In this document: positions 52,487 through 64,000 of the stretch, piece by piece | Position numbering within the stretch: the stretch's first letter is position 1 | How the letters are laid out: the number at the start of each line of letters is the position of its first letter | Assembly (NCBI GenBank): GCA_964016885.1 | Contig: OZ024740.1 | Location: 412,672,001-412,736,000, forward strand | Length of the DNA: 64,000 nt | Direction of reading: 5' to 3' | Origin: Eledone cirrhosa | Lineage: Eukaryota | The notes under the pieces: model-generated | Seen by the model: the letters and a program-made list of their open reading frames with translations, nothing else | Databases searched by the model: none | Told to the model about the DNA's origin: nothing | Made by a program: the position numbers and the translations under genes

Positions 52487-55400
52487 AAAGTATAACAATA
52501 TCGGTTTCAACACACGATTTCAGATAAAGAATCTTGCTAAACAAATTCAGAAACAAAATATCGTAAGCCTTACAGCCACAAACAACAATAACAACAACAC
52601 ACACACCAACATCAACAACTATAATAACATATCCAGAAACAACAACAACAGACACGCAGACACAATCAACAATAACAACACACACAACAATAACACACAC
52701 GGAGACAACAACAACACACATCAACAACAGCACACATCAACAACAACAACACACACACATTCAATGCCTCTCACCACCACCACAATCTTAACAAACACAC
52801 AGACACAGAGAACAAGTAATGACAGTAGCACAGAAATCACAGAAATAAGGGAAAGTAATAGGATTAAAAGGAGAAGGGAGACTAAGGACAAAGAAAATAA
52901 CCAAGACGAACACACAGACACACAAAATAGGGTAGATAACAACAATGAGCCAGTGGAAAGAGACAGGAGTAATTATGAGAGACATAGAAACAACCATGAG
53001 GCTGTTGGTGGAAATAGAAATAGAAACAACACAACTAACAATAACAATAGCACTAGTACACATAAAAAGCAGCCTGGAACTCTAGTTTTTATAATCCCTC
53101 CGATAAATCGTTCGACCTGCGACGAGTCCTCGCCACGACTTTACCATTTAACAAACGCACGCAATTGCCGTCGCAGGTCGATGAACAAACAGAAGCACAG
53201 TTTAGTATAGCTAGATCCAGACTTAGAAATATTATAGAACAGTATCGCAAGAAGCATAATAGAATGGAGGCACAGCAACTGGCAAAAAAATTTGCAAATG
53301 GCTTGCGTAAGCTCATGCAGCGCTCGCGTAATGGAGAGATAGCATGCTTTCCAACAGACAAGTCTGGCAGAATGTCGGTTGACAGCCTGCCAAACTACAT
53401 CCAGGCAATGCAACCCCACATCACTAACACAAGAGAGGTAACACCACATGAGCATGAGGATAGAGAAAAAGCCCTCAATGCCCATAAGGTGATGTGGACG
53501 AATATAATGCAGCCCAACAAAAGGACTGCCAACAACTTCCAGGCCTGGAACAATGACGTGCCGGCGTTGTATGGGCTTCAAAAAGACCATAAAACGGGCT
53601 GTGACCCTGTCGCGGGACAACCAACACGGCTAGTCTGTGGAGCTAACATTGCTAGTAACTACAGACTGTCCTACTTCCTCTCCCTGATCATACGCCCCAT
53701 CATCGAAATGTCCCCAGATGTATGTGACAGCACGGTGGACCGCCTCAGCAGAATCGGCGTGGGTAACCGATCTAGGGACCTAACAAACTGCATAATAGGT
53801 AGTATGGATGTTGTGTCCCTGTATCCATCTATTGACGTGGATTTTGCTGTGGAGAAATGCGTAGAAATGATCAGTGAGAGCAATGTAGAGTTCCGTGGGA
53901 TTGATACCAGTGAGCTGGGACTCCTACTTAAACTTACCTATAGTAATAATTACCTAGAGACATATGACCTTAGCAACCTGTGCCCTACAAGACCATCAAG
54001 AAGCAGACCACCTACCATTACCTCAATGGCCAAGAAAACCCACACAGATAGATGGAACGGGTGGACCAGAGCCATACGGACACCCGAAAACCACGATGAA
54101 CTGAAGAAAATGATTGCACATGCGGTAGGGGCCAGCATAAAACTAACCCTTAAGGAACATATGTTCAAATTTAATGGAAAAACATATGCCCAAGAGCAAG
54201 GAGCAGCCATTGGTGTTAGCATTGCAGGCGACATAGCTAACTTATTCATGGTATGGTGGGACAGTAGACTTAAACTTAAGCTTAAAGAACAATTAGAAGA
54301 CCCCTTAACCCTGATAATGTACTCCCGCTACGTTGATGATATAAACATCGTAGTTAAGACACCCCCACTAGAGAACAGTCAGGAACTAGAGAAAAAGACA
54401 ATGGAAAGCATCCAGCAAATAGCTAACTCCATCCACCAGAGCATTAGAGTTACTATAGACTACCCAAGTAAACACCCCAACCATCGATTACCTGTACGAG
54501 ACACAGAGCTCTGGTTAGATACCATTAATAACAAAAAACAAATCCTCCATTCCCATTATGCCAAACCCATGACTTCCAAACATCTGATCCACCGAAACTC
54601 GGCCGTTTCGGACCATACCAAAATCAACATACTGATTGCGGATTTGGTACGGGTGATGAGAAACGTGTCCCGCATGTGAAACCTCGAAGCACTAGAGAGA
54701 CACATACAACACTTCATCCACCGTATGCAGTTCTCTGGCTACAATCAGAGAGATAAAATCAGAGTGTATAGAGGAGCCAGAACCAAATGGGAAAAAATGG
54801 TAAATAATGACATAAATGGGACCTGCCCCTTGTATAGGAGCAAATTTTGGAATAGAATAGAAAGAACTAGGAACAAGGCTAATAGATTAAACTCATGGTA
54901 TGATAGCAATAAATACCAGAGTGTAATGTTCATCGATACAATCCCTAGAGGTGAATTAACTTACAAATTTAGAAGGGCCCTAAATAAACATAAATTCAAT
55001 ATTAAGATAGTAGAAAGACCAGGTACCTCCGTAAAAACACGTATTAGCAAGACATACACTTTTCAAAGACCGTCATGTATAGATAAGAAATGTATAACCT
55101 GTAAAATAAGCCCCCATATTAACTGTAAAACTAGAAATGTAGTGTATAGCATAAGATGTACTGAAGGACAATGTAGAGACAAAAATATAGTGTACATAGG
55201 TGAGACAGCTCGTAGTGTAAGGGAACGGATAAATGAACACTGGCAAGACCTTCAAGATAGTAAATAATCATCTGTACTCTACCAACATGCTAAAATAGAA
55301 CACAAGGGTAAATTAGAGAACATAGAAATAAAAATAGAATCTACACACAGAAAAGACGCAATGTTTAGACAAATTACAGAGGCAATAAACATAAAAAAAT

Positions 55401-55920
55401 TACAACCAAAATTAAATAGAAAATATGAGTGGAACAGCAACATCACAACTTACAATTAAGGACAAAATGAAAACACACACACACATAGAACAAACAACCA
55501 ACCAGTAACATGTAAATAAACAAATAAATAAATGAACATAAACACACACAGACACCCGGATGTGGCGCATGCGCAGACTGAGCACACAACACACACACAG
55601 AAACAAAATGGCGTAGGACAGAACAAAGGAGAGGCACAGAAACAAAGAAAGGAATCCCCAGTCACTGAAGAGGTCACAGAGTGTGTGACGAAAGAACTAT
55701 GACAATATATAAACAACTATCTGGTTGTGGAACCAACCAACCAACCAGAAATTTATAAATTTATAAATTTATTATAAATTTATTATAATAATAAATTGAA
55801 TTGAAAGCAAATGTTGCGTTTGTTTTTCTTATTGGCAACATGACCCTCCCAAAGTATAACAATATCTGTTTCAACACACGATTTCAGATAAAGAATCTTG
55901 CTAAACAAATTCAGAAACGA

Positions 55921-55922
<2 letters not shown>
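52487..55922 (+). mobile_element. Second, inverted copy of PLE 3 with a ~700-bp deletion near its 5' end
   Basis: ORFs 53165-54679 and 54725-55267 are nearly identical to the minus copy; junction GTAAGCCTTA|CAGCCACAAAC at ~52572 skips the N-terminal region; ends in pLTR + (TA)n. Confidence 0.93.
55661..55703 (+). ncRNA. Minimal type I hammerhead, PLE 3 3' pLTR
   Basis: GUCA-CUGAAGA-g-GUCAC-agagugu-GUGAC-GAAA-GAAC-UA-UGAC. Confidence 0.72.
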
Positions 55923-55961
<39 letters not shown>

Positions 55962-56126
55962 TGTGATCAAATATACATATGGAAGATATGAACAGAATTT
56001 AGTGGAAGGAATAAGAATACAAATATTAATTTATATTAGCATTCCTATTCACATTTAAATATATGTTTGCATGGGTACTAGGTTCCATTATAATACATAC
56101 TAGAAATCATAATAATACATACTACG

Positions 56127-56223
56127 GTGGATTAGCAGTATTGATAGAGGGTCGGACACCATGCTTTGACGTATAGAGTTACGGCCCTTGCCATTTTGAG
56201 TTCAAATCTCGCCGAGGTTAACT
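56127..56223 (+). mobile_element. tRNA-derived SINE, 3' part interrupted by a family C element
   Basis: Same sequence as 56864-56960; B box GAGTTCAAATC. Confidence 0.75.
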
Positions 56224-56225
56224 GT

Positions 56226-56354
56226 AGTCCAGAATTAGCCGTAGAAACGGCTTGAGCTCACCCGGCGGGGTCCTACTCGTTATTATTACCCACTCTACTA
56301 CCCTAAGTATTGAGTACTTTGGTCCACCTGGTTCATTACCACATTTCCTTCGTT
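56226..56354 (+). mobile_element. Family C element
   Basis: AGTCCAGAATTAGCCGT.GAAACGGCTTGAGCTCA...CTACTACCCTAAGTATTGAGTACT, followed by (TA)n. Confidence 0.8.
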
Positions 56355-56859
56355 ATATATATATATGTATATATGAATATATATGTATGTATCTGTGTTA
56401 TATATACTAACAGAAAAACCACCCTTGAGTGGTTTTCTGCTAGCATGTGCAGTGTGTATATTGATATTATACCCAAGTATATATACATATAGATATGATA
56501 CATCAAATAAAATCGTAATTGACAATATAAATAGAAATTGAACGAAGATGTTGTTACAGAGTCAGTAACGTAATCGACGATACATTAAAAAATGACGATA
56601 TTATATATAAACTGCATTAGGAGAAAATTAGTGACAGAAAATTAGTATGTTCATTTAAGTGATCGCCACCGGAAGTGTTGACATCACACCCTCTCTCTTT
56701 CTATATATATGGTAGTTGAAGTGGTGGTGGTGGCAACGATATACCGGAAGTGCAACTTAGAAAAGAAGTCAATTTTAAATTATTTATTTTTACGAAATTA
56801 TTTTTGTTTACGAAATTTAGTAGATAAATTATGTAATATTCATTATTTATTTACTCAAA

Positions 56860-56996
56860 GGGCGGTGGATTGGCAGTATCGGTAGAGGGTCGGACGCCAT
56901 GCTTTGACGTATAGAGTTACGGCCCTTGCCATTCTGAGTTCAATCCCACCGAGGTTAACTTTGCCTTTCATCCTTACGCGAGTGGATAAAATAAGG
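56860..56996 (+). mobile_element. tRNA-derived SINE with Nin/Deu-like central domain (octopus-type)
   Basis: A box TGGCAGTATCGG, B box GAGTTCAATCC, then CCGAGGTTAACTTTGCCTTTCATCC...GATAAAATAAG. Family assignment is from memory. Confidence 0.75.
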
Positions 56997-58234
56997 TGTG
57001 TGTGTGTATGTGGTGTATCTGTGTCTGTGCGGGAATGCGATGTTGTATGTGTGTGTAATACTATATATAACAGAATTACTAAAACCTTTGCAGAAATATG
57101 CCAACTCAAAATTCTATTAGCAAAAAAGGAATATCGCCGAAGAAATTTTGGGAAATAAGGCCAGTAAAATATACCAACTTGAAATGTGCATGTGATCAAC
57201 CTTTTACTTCGGGATATTGGTGTCAGTGACCCCGATGTCAACTTTTACGACCTGTTCCATCGACTGGTACATCCGTATATATTTTATCTCTGCATTACAG
57301 ACTGATGCTGACTGGGAAACTGACACAACCTTAAATCCCACGAATAAAGAAAGGACAGATATAAATAAAGATAAGATCTAATTTATGAACTAGCTAATAA
57401 TATCTCGTTAAATAATGAAATACCATCAAATTATGAAAATAAAACTTAATCATGAATCTACTTATACTTATAAAAGTACATTCCGCAGAAAGAACTCAGA
57501 TGAAATATTTGCGACGCTAAGAAAGACTAACAATTTTACATTTAATCTGTATTATGAAACTTCTAGAACATATTGCTAATGAAAGAATCGAAGCTGGATA
57601 GCATGTGATCGAGAGCTGACTGGAGTTTCCAATCACTCCACGTGATGGAAATGATTACAGCTTGGTAGATATTAATTTTCATTTTCAAACAAATTCAAAA
57701 TCTTTTTGTACATGCGTAGACATACATACCGACAATAGTACCAAGCAAATCAAACTCTAGAAATTACACGCATTTCAAACTCACATATCTCCAGCCGTTG
57801 CCCATATTGGACACGGTGACAACCTAACTACATATCACTGGTCGATAATATCAACATTTTACAATGGGTCACTTAATCTCCATCGATTGTATTTTCCACC
57901 ATTTGTAAGAATATTGCCTCATCTGGTACGACCTTTAGTATATGGTTTATGTGTGTGACTGAGGTTAATGTGTGAATATATATACTAAACATTTGCCTAC
58001 ATAAACCGAATTTGACAGTAATCTGTCTTTCTATGGATTCTATCAATATAGTCATATACGTTAAGGATATTTCCAAAGCGAGAAAATATACAAATATTTA
58101 AAATAAATTGCCGTTGCTAAATTCCATTGGGTTCTGTTAATTACACACTTACAAACACACAAATACATATCTATCTATATATTCCTCTTTCTTTCTCTCT
58201 TTCTCTCGCTCCACACACTCACACACACCCACAC

Positions 58235-58267
<33 letters not shown>

Positions 58268-58405
58268 AGGAACCAGATGGACCATAACGCACCAGAGTAC
58301 TCAATACCTAGTGTAGTAGAGTGGGAAATAGGAAAAAAGTATACTAAATAGTCCAGAAATAGCCGTCGAAACGGCTTGAGCTCTGCCGTCAGGGTCATAC
58401 TTTTT

Positions 58406-58410
<5 letters not shown>
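58268..58410. mobile_element. Family C element, inverted halves
   Basis: 58268-~58345 is the reverse complement of the 3' half; 58350-58410 is the 5' half. Confidence 0.8.
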
Positions 58411-58470
<60 letters not shown>

Positions 58471-58520
58471 CTATATATATATATAATTGTTTCTACTTTT
58501 TTGGCACAAGGCCAGCAATT

Positions 58521-58595
58521 ACCCGGTGCATTAGTCTTACTTTATTTTATCGACCCCGTAAGGATGAAAGGCAAAGTTAACCTAGGCGGGATTTG
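58521..58595 (-). mobile_element. SINE 3' fragment
   Basis: TTTATCGACCCCGTAAGGATGAAAGGCAAAGTTAACC is the reverse complement of the SINE domain at 56950-56995. Confidence 0.7.
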
Positions 58596-58816
58596 CTATA
58601 TAATGATAATTGTGAAGGCCAGATGTAGATATTCATACAATGTTTATTCTTCCAGGTTTTCGGAAGAATAAACATCGTATTCGTCCGGCCGTTTATCTAT
58701 AAGATGTATCCAAATATGAATGTTACATGGTAACCGCAATACCTAAGAAGTTTTCCGATAAAGTTGCGTTGCTTGTTGCAGGGTGACACCATTGTGGACT
58801 CATGGAAGCTGCAGAA

Positions 58817-58871
<55 letters not shown>

Positions 58872-59134
58872 AATACCTACATACATATTTCCATCGATTC
58901 TAATCCAATCGAGATGGTCCATGCTAGTTTTCAACCTATTTGTATTTATCCTAGTTATGGCGTATGAAAGGTCATTGCCTTCGGTCATCTTTCTTGGTGT
59001 CGCACTTTATTAACTTTTGAGTTTAGTCTGCATAATAATCTGTTAACTTCTCGCTTCATTCAGTGTTTTGTGATTTCCTCAAAGAATTCGATTACTGCCT
59101 GCTATAAAGCGACTACAATTTCGATTAATACCCA

Positions 59135-59504
59135 GTTCATACACAACACAACAAACAAGATGGGGTAGGACAGAACAAAGGAGAGACACAAATATCAAAT
59201 TAGTCACTTACGAGGTCACAGAATGTGGGACCAAAGAGTTTTGACAATAAATAAACAACCATCCTCTTCATTAAACCAAATAAACCAACCAACTAGAAAT
59301 TGTAATAAATTGAAGTGAAAACCATCAGGTGCGTGTGTTTTTAATTTGGCAGCATCTTCATCCCAAAGTATAAAAATATCTGTTTCAACACACGTTTTCA
59401 GAAAATAAATCTTGCAAAACAAATACAAGATCAAAGTAAATATACATATATATATATATATACTTTGATCTTGTATTTGTTTTGCAAGATTTATTCTCTG
59501 AAAA

Positions 59505-59505
<1 letters not shown>
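59135..59505 (+). mobile_element. Old solo pLTR related to PLE 3, with short inverted end
   Basis: Aligns by eye with 55575-55920 (GTAGGACAGAACAAAGGAGAG, GAGGTCACAGA, CCCAAAGTATAA, TTTCAACACACG); HHR core decayed; 59461-59505 inverted. Confidence 0.75.
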
Positions 59506-59585
<80 letters not shown>

Positions 59586-59602
59586 TGTGTGCTTGTGTGT
59601 GA

Positions 59603-59646
<44 letters not shown>

Positions 59647-62381
59647 TTACTTCCTTAGTAGAAATTAGCAGAGCAATCAACGATTTCTTTTGTCTGACAA
59701 ACGATTTAAAAATTCGACATTTGCCACTTTGCTACTTAAAAAGTAAATTTATACACTCTAAACATGTCTATAGTTTGCTGATTGATTTAATATTTCAATG
59801 TTGTAAATACTATGGTATTTTAAACATGAGTGTTTGTCTGTGAGAGAGAGTTGTATGTGTGTTGGAATGTATTATAGGTTAATACTTAAAATGGCACTTT
59901 TATATTTTTGTATTCTTTATACATTCAGTTGTAAACATATTAACATAGTCCTTGTTACCTCTGTGCCTTATATGAACAAATAATTATTTATCATATAGCT
60001 GAGGTGATCTGCCGCACATATATATTATCATAAATCCAAAGTTCGATTATCTTTGAACACATTTCAAATATTTTCTTTTAACAAATGACTCTACAAGTAA
60101 AACAATGCTGCGAAACTTTATTTATATATCGATAAAAAAACAAGCATATGGAAATATACAAATGTAGTGAAAACTAATATGATTTTACGACCATTACATT
60201 CCATATCTTGATTAAATCCTACTTTATTAGAAGATCTTTTAAAATATAATATTGAAGACTTAGCAGAAAAGAATAAGAATGATGAAAAAGATGGCTGCTC
60301 ACCGACTTGGATATAATTAGGATGGTCCTGATTCTCTTTTCTACCTCTGTGTTTTAGTAAGACAATAACGATAGATGAGCCATTTGCACAATGTAATGAA
60401 AACATATGCATTCTGAAGACCTGTATTTAAGAGAAAGTTCTAGCGATGAAGTGAACTAAACCTGCTCGACTACCGCTCTTTTATTTCTCATCGTTGCTTC
60501 GAATGTTGTGTCAAGCAAACAGTATAAGTCGTATGAAGGCATACTACTTAACATTAAATTGCAGGTGTCGTGTAGAATCTATAATAGTATCAACGATTGC
60601 AAAGTAAAACTTATTTGTAGGAAGTACCTCAGTGTTTTTTATTTATACATTCTGTAAATGTTAATAATCAGGTTTCATCAACCATTGCAAACGTTCATAC
60701 CAGATTGAAACAGTAAATCAGTTTACAATTCTGAAGGAATATGATTTGTAACACTAGCTTAACACTACTCCTAAAACGTTAACGCTTTTCTAGATAGTGT
60801 TTATGTGAAATGCCTATTTCTATTTACAGCTAAATGTGAAACACACCACACAGACATATATACACCCATACACACGCACATAAGCAAACAAACATCTCCA
60901 CAGATACATGCATGATGCACGCATACCTACATGACATGTGAGTGAATGGGATAGGTATATTAATATATGGAATAATACATGAAACACTAAATTTTATTAC
61001 TTACACAGCAGTTTGTCATTTATTGCAAAATGCTAGCTATGCTACAAGGGAACATATTTACGTTTTATATATGAGCGGGATAATCTGCTTGTTTTGCCTG
61101 AGCTTATATTCAACACTGTTACGTCAACTTCAAAGACGAATGTTTGTTAATATATTCTATCTTCCATTTCTACGCACCCAAATGTAAACGCCGATTTTTT
61201 TCTTTTGGTATATTGCATTTTTACACGATGTCAGTAAACCGATGTCTTCGACTCTTATAAGCTTGCTGAGTATATGATACTTTGATATGCATAACTATAC
61301 GTATAATAATACTTGTAAAAGCGTGATAGATCTATACATATATATATATGTATATTTCTTCTCTGTTTTCCCTGTTATAGAGATGATAATGTTTTAAAGG
61401 GTATCAGAAATATTCCATATCATGTCATCATAACCGACTAAAGACCGCTATTTAGTTTTCCTATATTAGGGTGTTACAAGAAAAAGTGTGAAAGTATCTG
61501 TCCATGTATTTTCTCGTTTTGTGGGTGAAAGATGTGATGAAAATTGCCTCATAATCTGTGGTTTGAGATTTGACTATAGAGAATAATTGCAGCAGTAAAG
61601 TTATGTTTGTAATACTTGACCTGTGAGGGCCTTTTTATCCATTGTTCTGGAGAGAAGCAACGGTAATGTCAGATCAAATATATATCTTGAAATAACGTTT
61701 TCTCTAATAATAAAATTAACCGAAGATTTGGCATTTATTGTCATATGGAGATAGAATGCTGAAAGAAAAAAATGTATGATTTAATAAAAAAAAAAAAAAA
61801 GGCAACACAATTAAGTATACATTTGGTAAAAGCATAGTCAATTTACAGATGAAATTACTAGAGATTTACCGAAGTCGTGGTCACGTAATTCAAAGATCAG
61901 CCAGGTTGCCTCTCACGTCATTGTATAATGAGATATAACAGAACGTAATATATGTTTTACATCAGGCAGTTTTATTAAATTACCTCATGTTATGATGCAT
62001 TGTGCAACGCTAAGAATATTTAAGTGGAGTATTGTTGATAGGATTGACCAAGTATATTGCCTGTATCTTTATATAATCAACCATAGAAGCACTGTTATAG
62101 AAGTCTCATCGTTCGGCTGCCATTTTAGATATCATTTACTTTCTTGGTATTTGTCATATTACATACATGATATGCAACGTTACCATATTTAATGATAAAC
62201 CGTTAAAAATATAAAAACAAACAGAATATACACATTTTTTTGTAATCATATTTAGGTAATTCCTCTTTCAACATAATTAGGCATTAGAATGATAAAAAGA
62301 GGTATTTTGAATACTCTCTCTCACACTCTTTCTCATTCTTTCCTCCTCTCCCCCCTCTCTCCCTCTCTCTCTCTCTCTCTC

Positions 62382-62425
<44 letters not shown>

Positions 62426-62695
62426 TACATATATATATATATATACGATATTAACAAATGGAAACTATATTTATAAAACCATATCTATTTTATTATACAT
62501 ATTTCAAGGATACCATGTTAAATTATGGTATGCTTTCATCAGACAAAATACAATATATACCTGATGTCTTCTATTCCCGATGTCTTCGAAAAGTAATATA
62601 TATATATGTATGTATACGTACATACATATATGTATACAGACGCACAGTAGTAGGTATATATACCTTTATAGATAATAGATACCTTTTATTGATAA

Positions 62696-62766
<71 letters not shown>

Positions 62767-63058
62767 CTATATTACAAATTTATGCCATTTCATTGGCATA
62801 CATTTAATTCTATTATATCAACACTAGTACCCGCACATTTTTTGCTTCCCAACGAAAATATTCAAATTTTATGTAAGTTGCATGTAGCCTTATTATATTA
62901 TGACTAAAATATATATAAAAATATGCTGATATTCTTCAGAATTACACACACAAGCTCACACATAAGCACACATGCACACACACACGTACGCACACACTCT
63001 CCCTCACACACACAATCACACGCACACAATTACATATAGGTAGATATGCATATATGTA

Positions 63059-63138
<80 letters not shown>

Positions 63139-63607
63139 ATATATAAGATCAAAAGATGGTTAAATGAGTTCCATGTATTTTATTATGCGCATTTCAAAAA
63201 CAAATATCATCATGCAATAACATTTGTGTTTTCATCAGATAAAATAGGAGGACATGATATGAAGGTTAAAAAACACTTGTGGATAGTGCAGTTTTAAATC
63301 AACATATGAAAAGTAGTTTTAGATTGATGTGTGATATTGGGAAAAAATTGTTTTGAGGGGGGGGGGGGGTAAAGGATGAAAAAGAGGAGGAGATGAGAGT
63401 AACAAGTGGAGAGGGAGGAGTATAGTGAGGAAGGATGAGATAGGAGGAGAGATGGGTGATAGAGAGAGAGAGATAGCTTTTATAACTGAGAAAATATATT
63501 ATTTTACATAGAGAGGTTGAAAAAACCGTTCGAAGATAATGTATAAATTAAAAGAATTTGAAAATTAACGAAAAGAAAAATAATGTAAAGTTAAGGTTTG
63601 TATATTG

Positions 63608-63775
63608 AAGGGTTTAATAATATGTGCGATGAAAAGAAATTGTTAATATGTATTAAGAATAATATTTAAGGGTTTAATAATATGTACGATGGAAAGAAAA
63701 TGTTAATATGTATTAAGAATAATATTTAAGGGTTTAATAATATGTGCGATGGAAAGAAAATGTTGATATGTATTA
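63608..63775. repeat. 60-bp minisatellite, ~3 copies
   Basis: AAGGGTTTAATAATATGT.CGATG.AAAGAAA.TGTT.ATATGTATTA at 63608, 63668 and 63728. Confidence 0.9.
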
Positions 63776-64000
63776 TTAAAAAAACAGAAGTAATGTAAGT
63801 AAGGATATATTGTGAGATGAGCATGAATAAGTTAGATGAAAGGGAGAAAAAATTATGAATAGAGGATGAATAATCTAACGTCAAAAAATGTTTATGTTTA
63901 CGAAGGATATTTGCAAGGTGATATGAAGTAAGAATATGGTGTATTGTGTAATAATTGTTTCTATGTTAGGCACAGTGAGAAAAGGTACAGATTAGGGGTT

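Noticed and set aside
54677-54679. TGA at a Cys position in the PLE 3 plus copy as selenocysteine
   Set aside because: The sister copy has TGC at this codon and the neighbourhood has several other substitutions, so it is a private mutation.
57060-57260. hAT dimerisation-domain-like peptide FWEIRPVKYTNLKCA
   Set aside because: Too short and degenerate to call.
60405-60450. CTGAAGA...GAAAGTTCTA motif
   Set aside because: No stem I or II, and not in a recognisable repeat; chance match.

Overview
AT-rich, microsatellite-laden animal genomic DNA. The SINE family resembles, from memory, octopus SINEs, so a coleoid cephalopod is likely but this is an inference. No host protein-coding gene can be supported. 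Bases 1-~20.7 kb are a 38-bp satellite with higher-order structure that runs directly into the 3' region of a Penelope-like element (PLE) fragment. The rest is nested retroelements: a decayed CR1/L2-type LINE with an unusual CCCH-finger ORF1, an RTE fragment, two Naiad-type PLEs, a head-to-head pair of a third PLE family, a mariner relic and SINEs. The most striking signal is a dense set of type I hammerhead ribozyme (HHR) motifs, folded by eye. They occur both in PLE pseudo-LTRs and in several unrelated non-coding elements (about 265, 540 and 990 bp monomers) inserted in (TA)n tracts as circularly permuted and often inverted copies. Several of these HHRs have palindromic stem III and very enlarged stem II domains (up to 96 nt). 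One Naiad carries an in-frame TGA at a conserved zinc-finger Cys, a possible selenocysteine.
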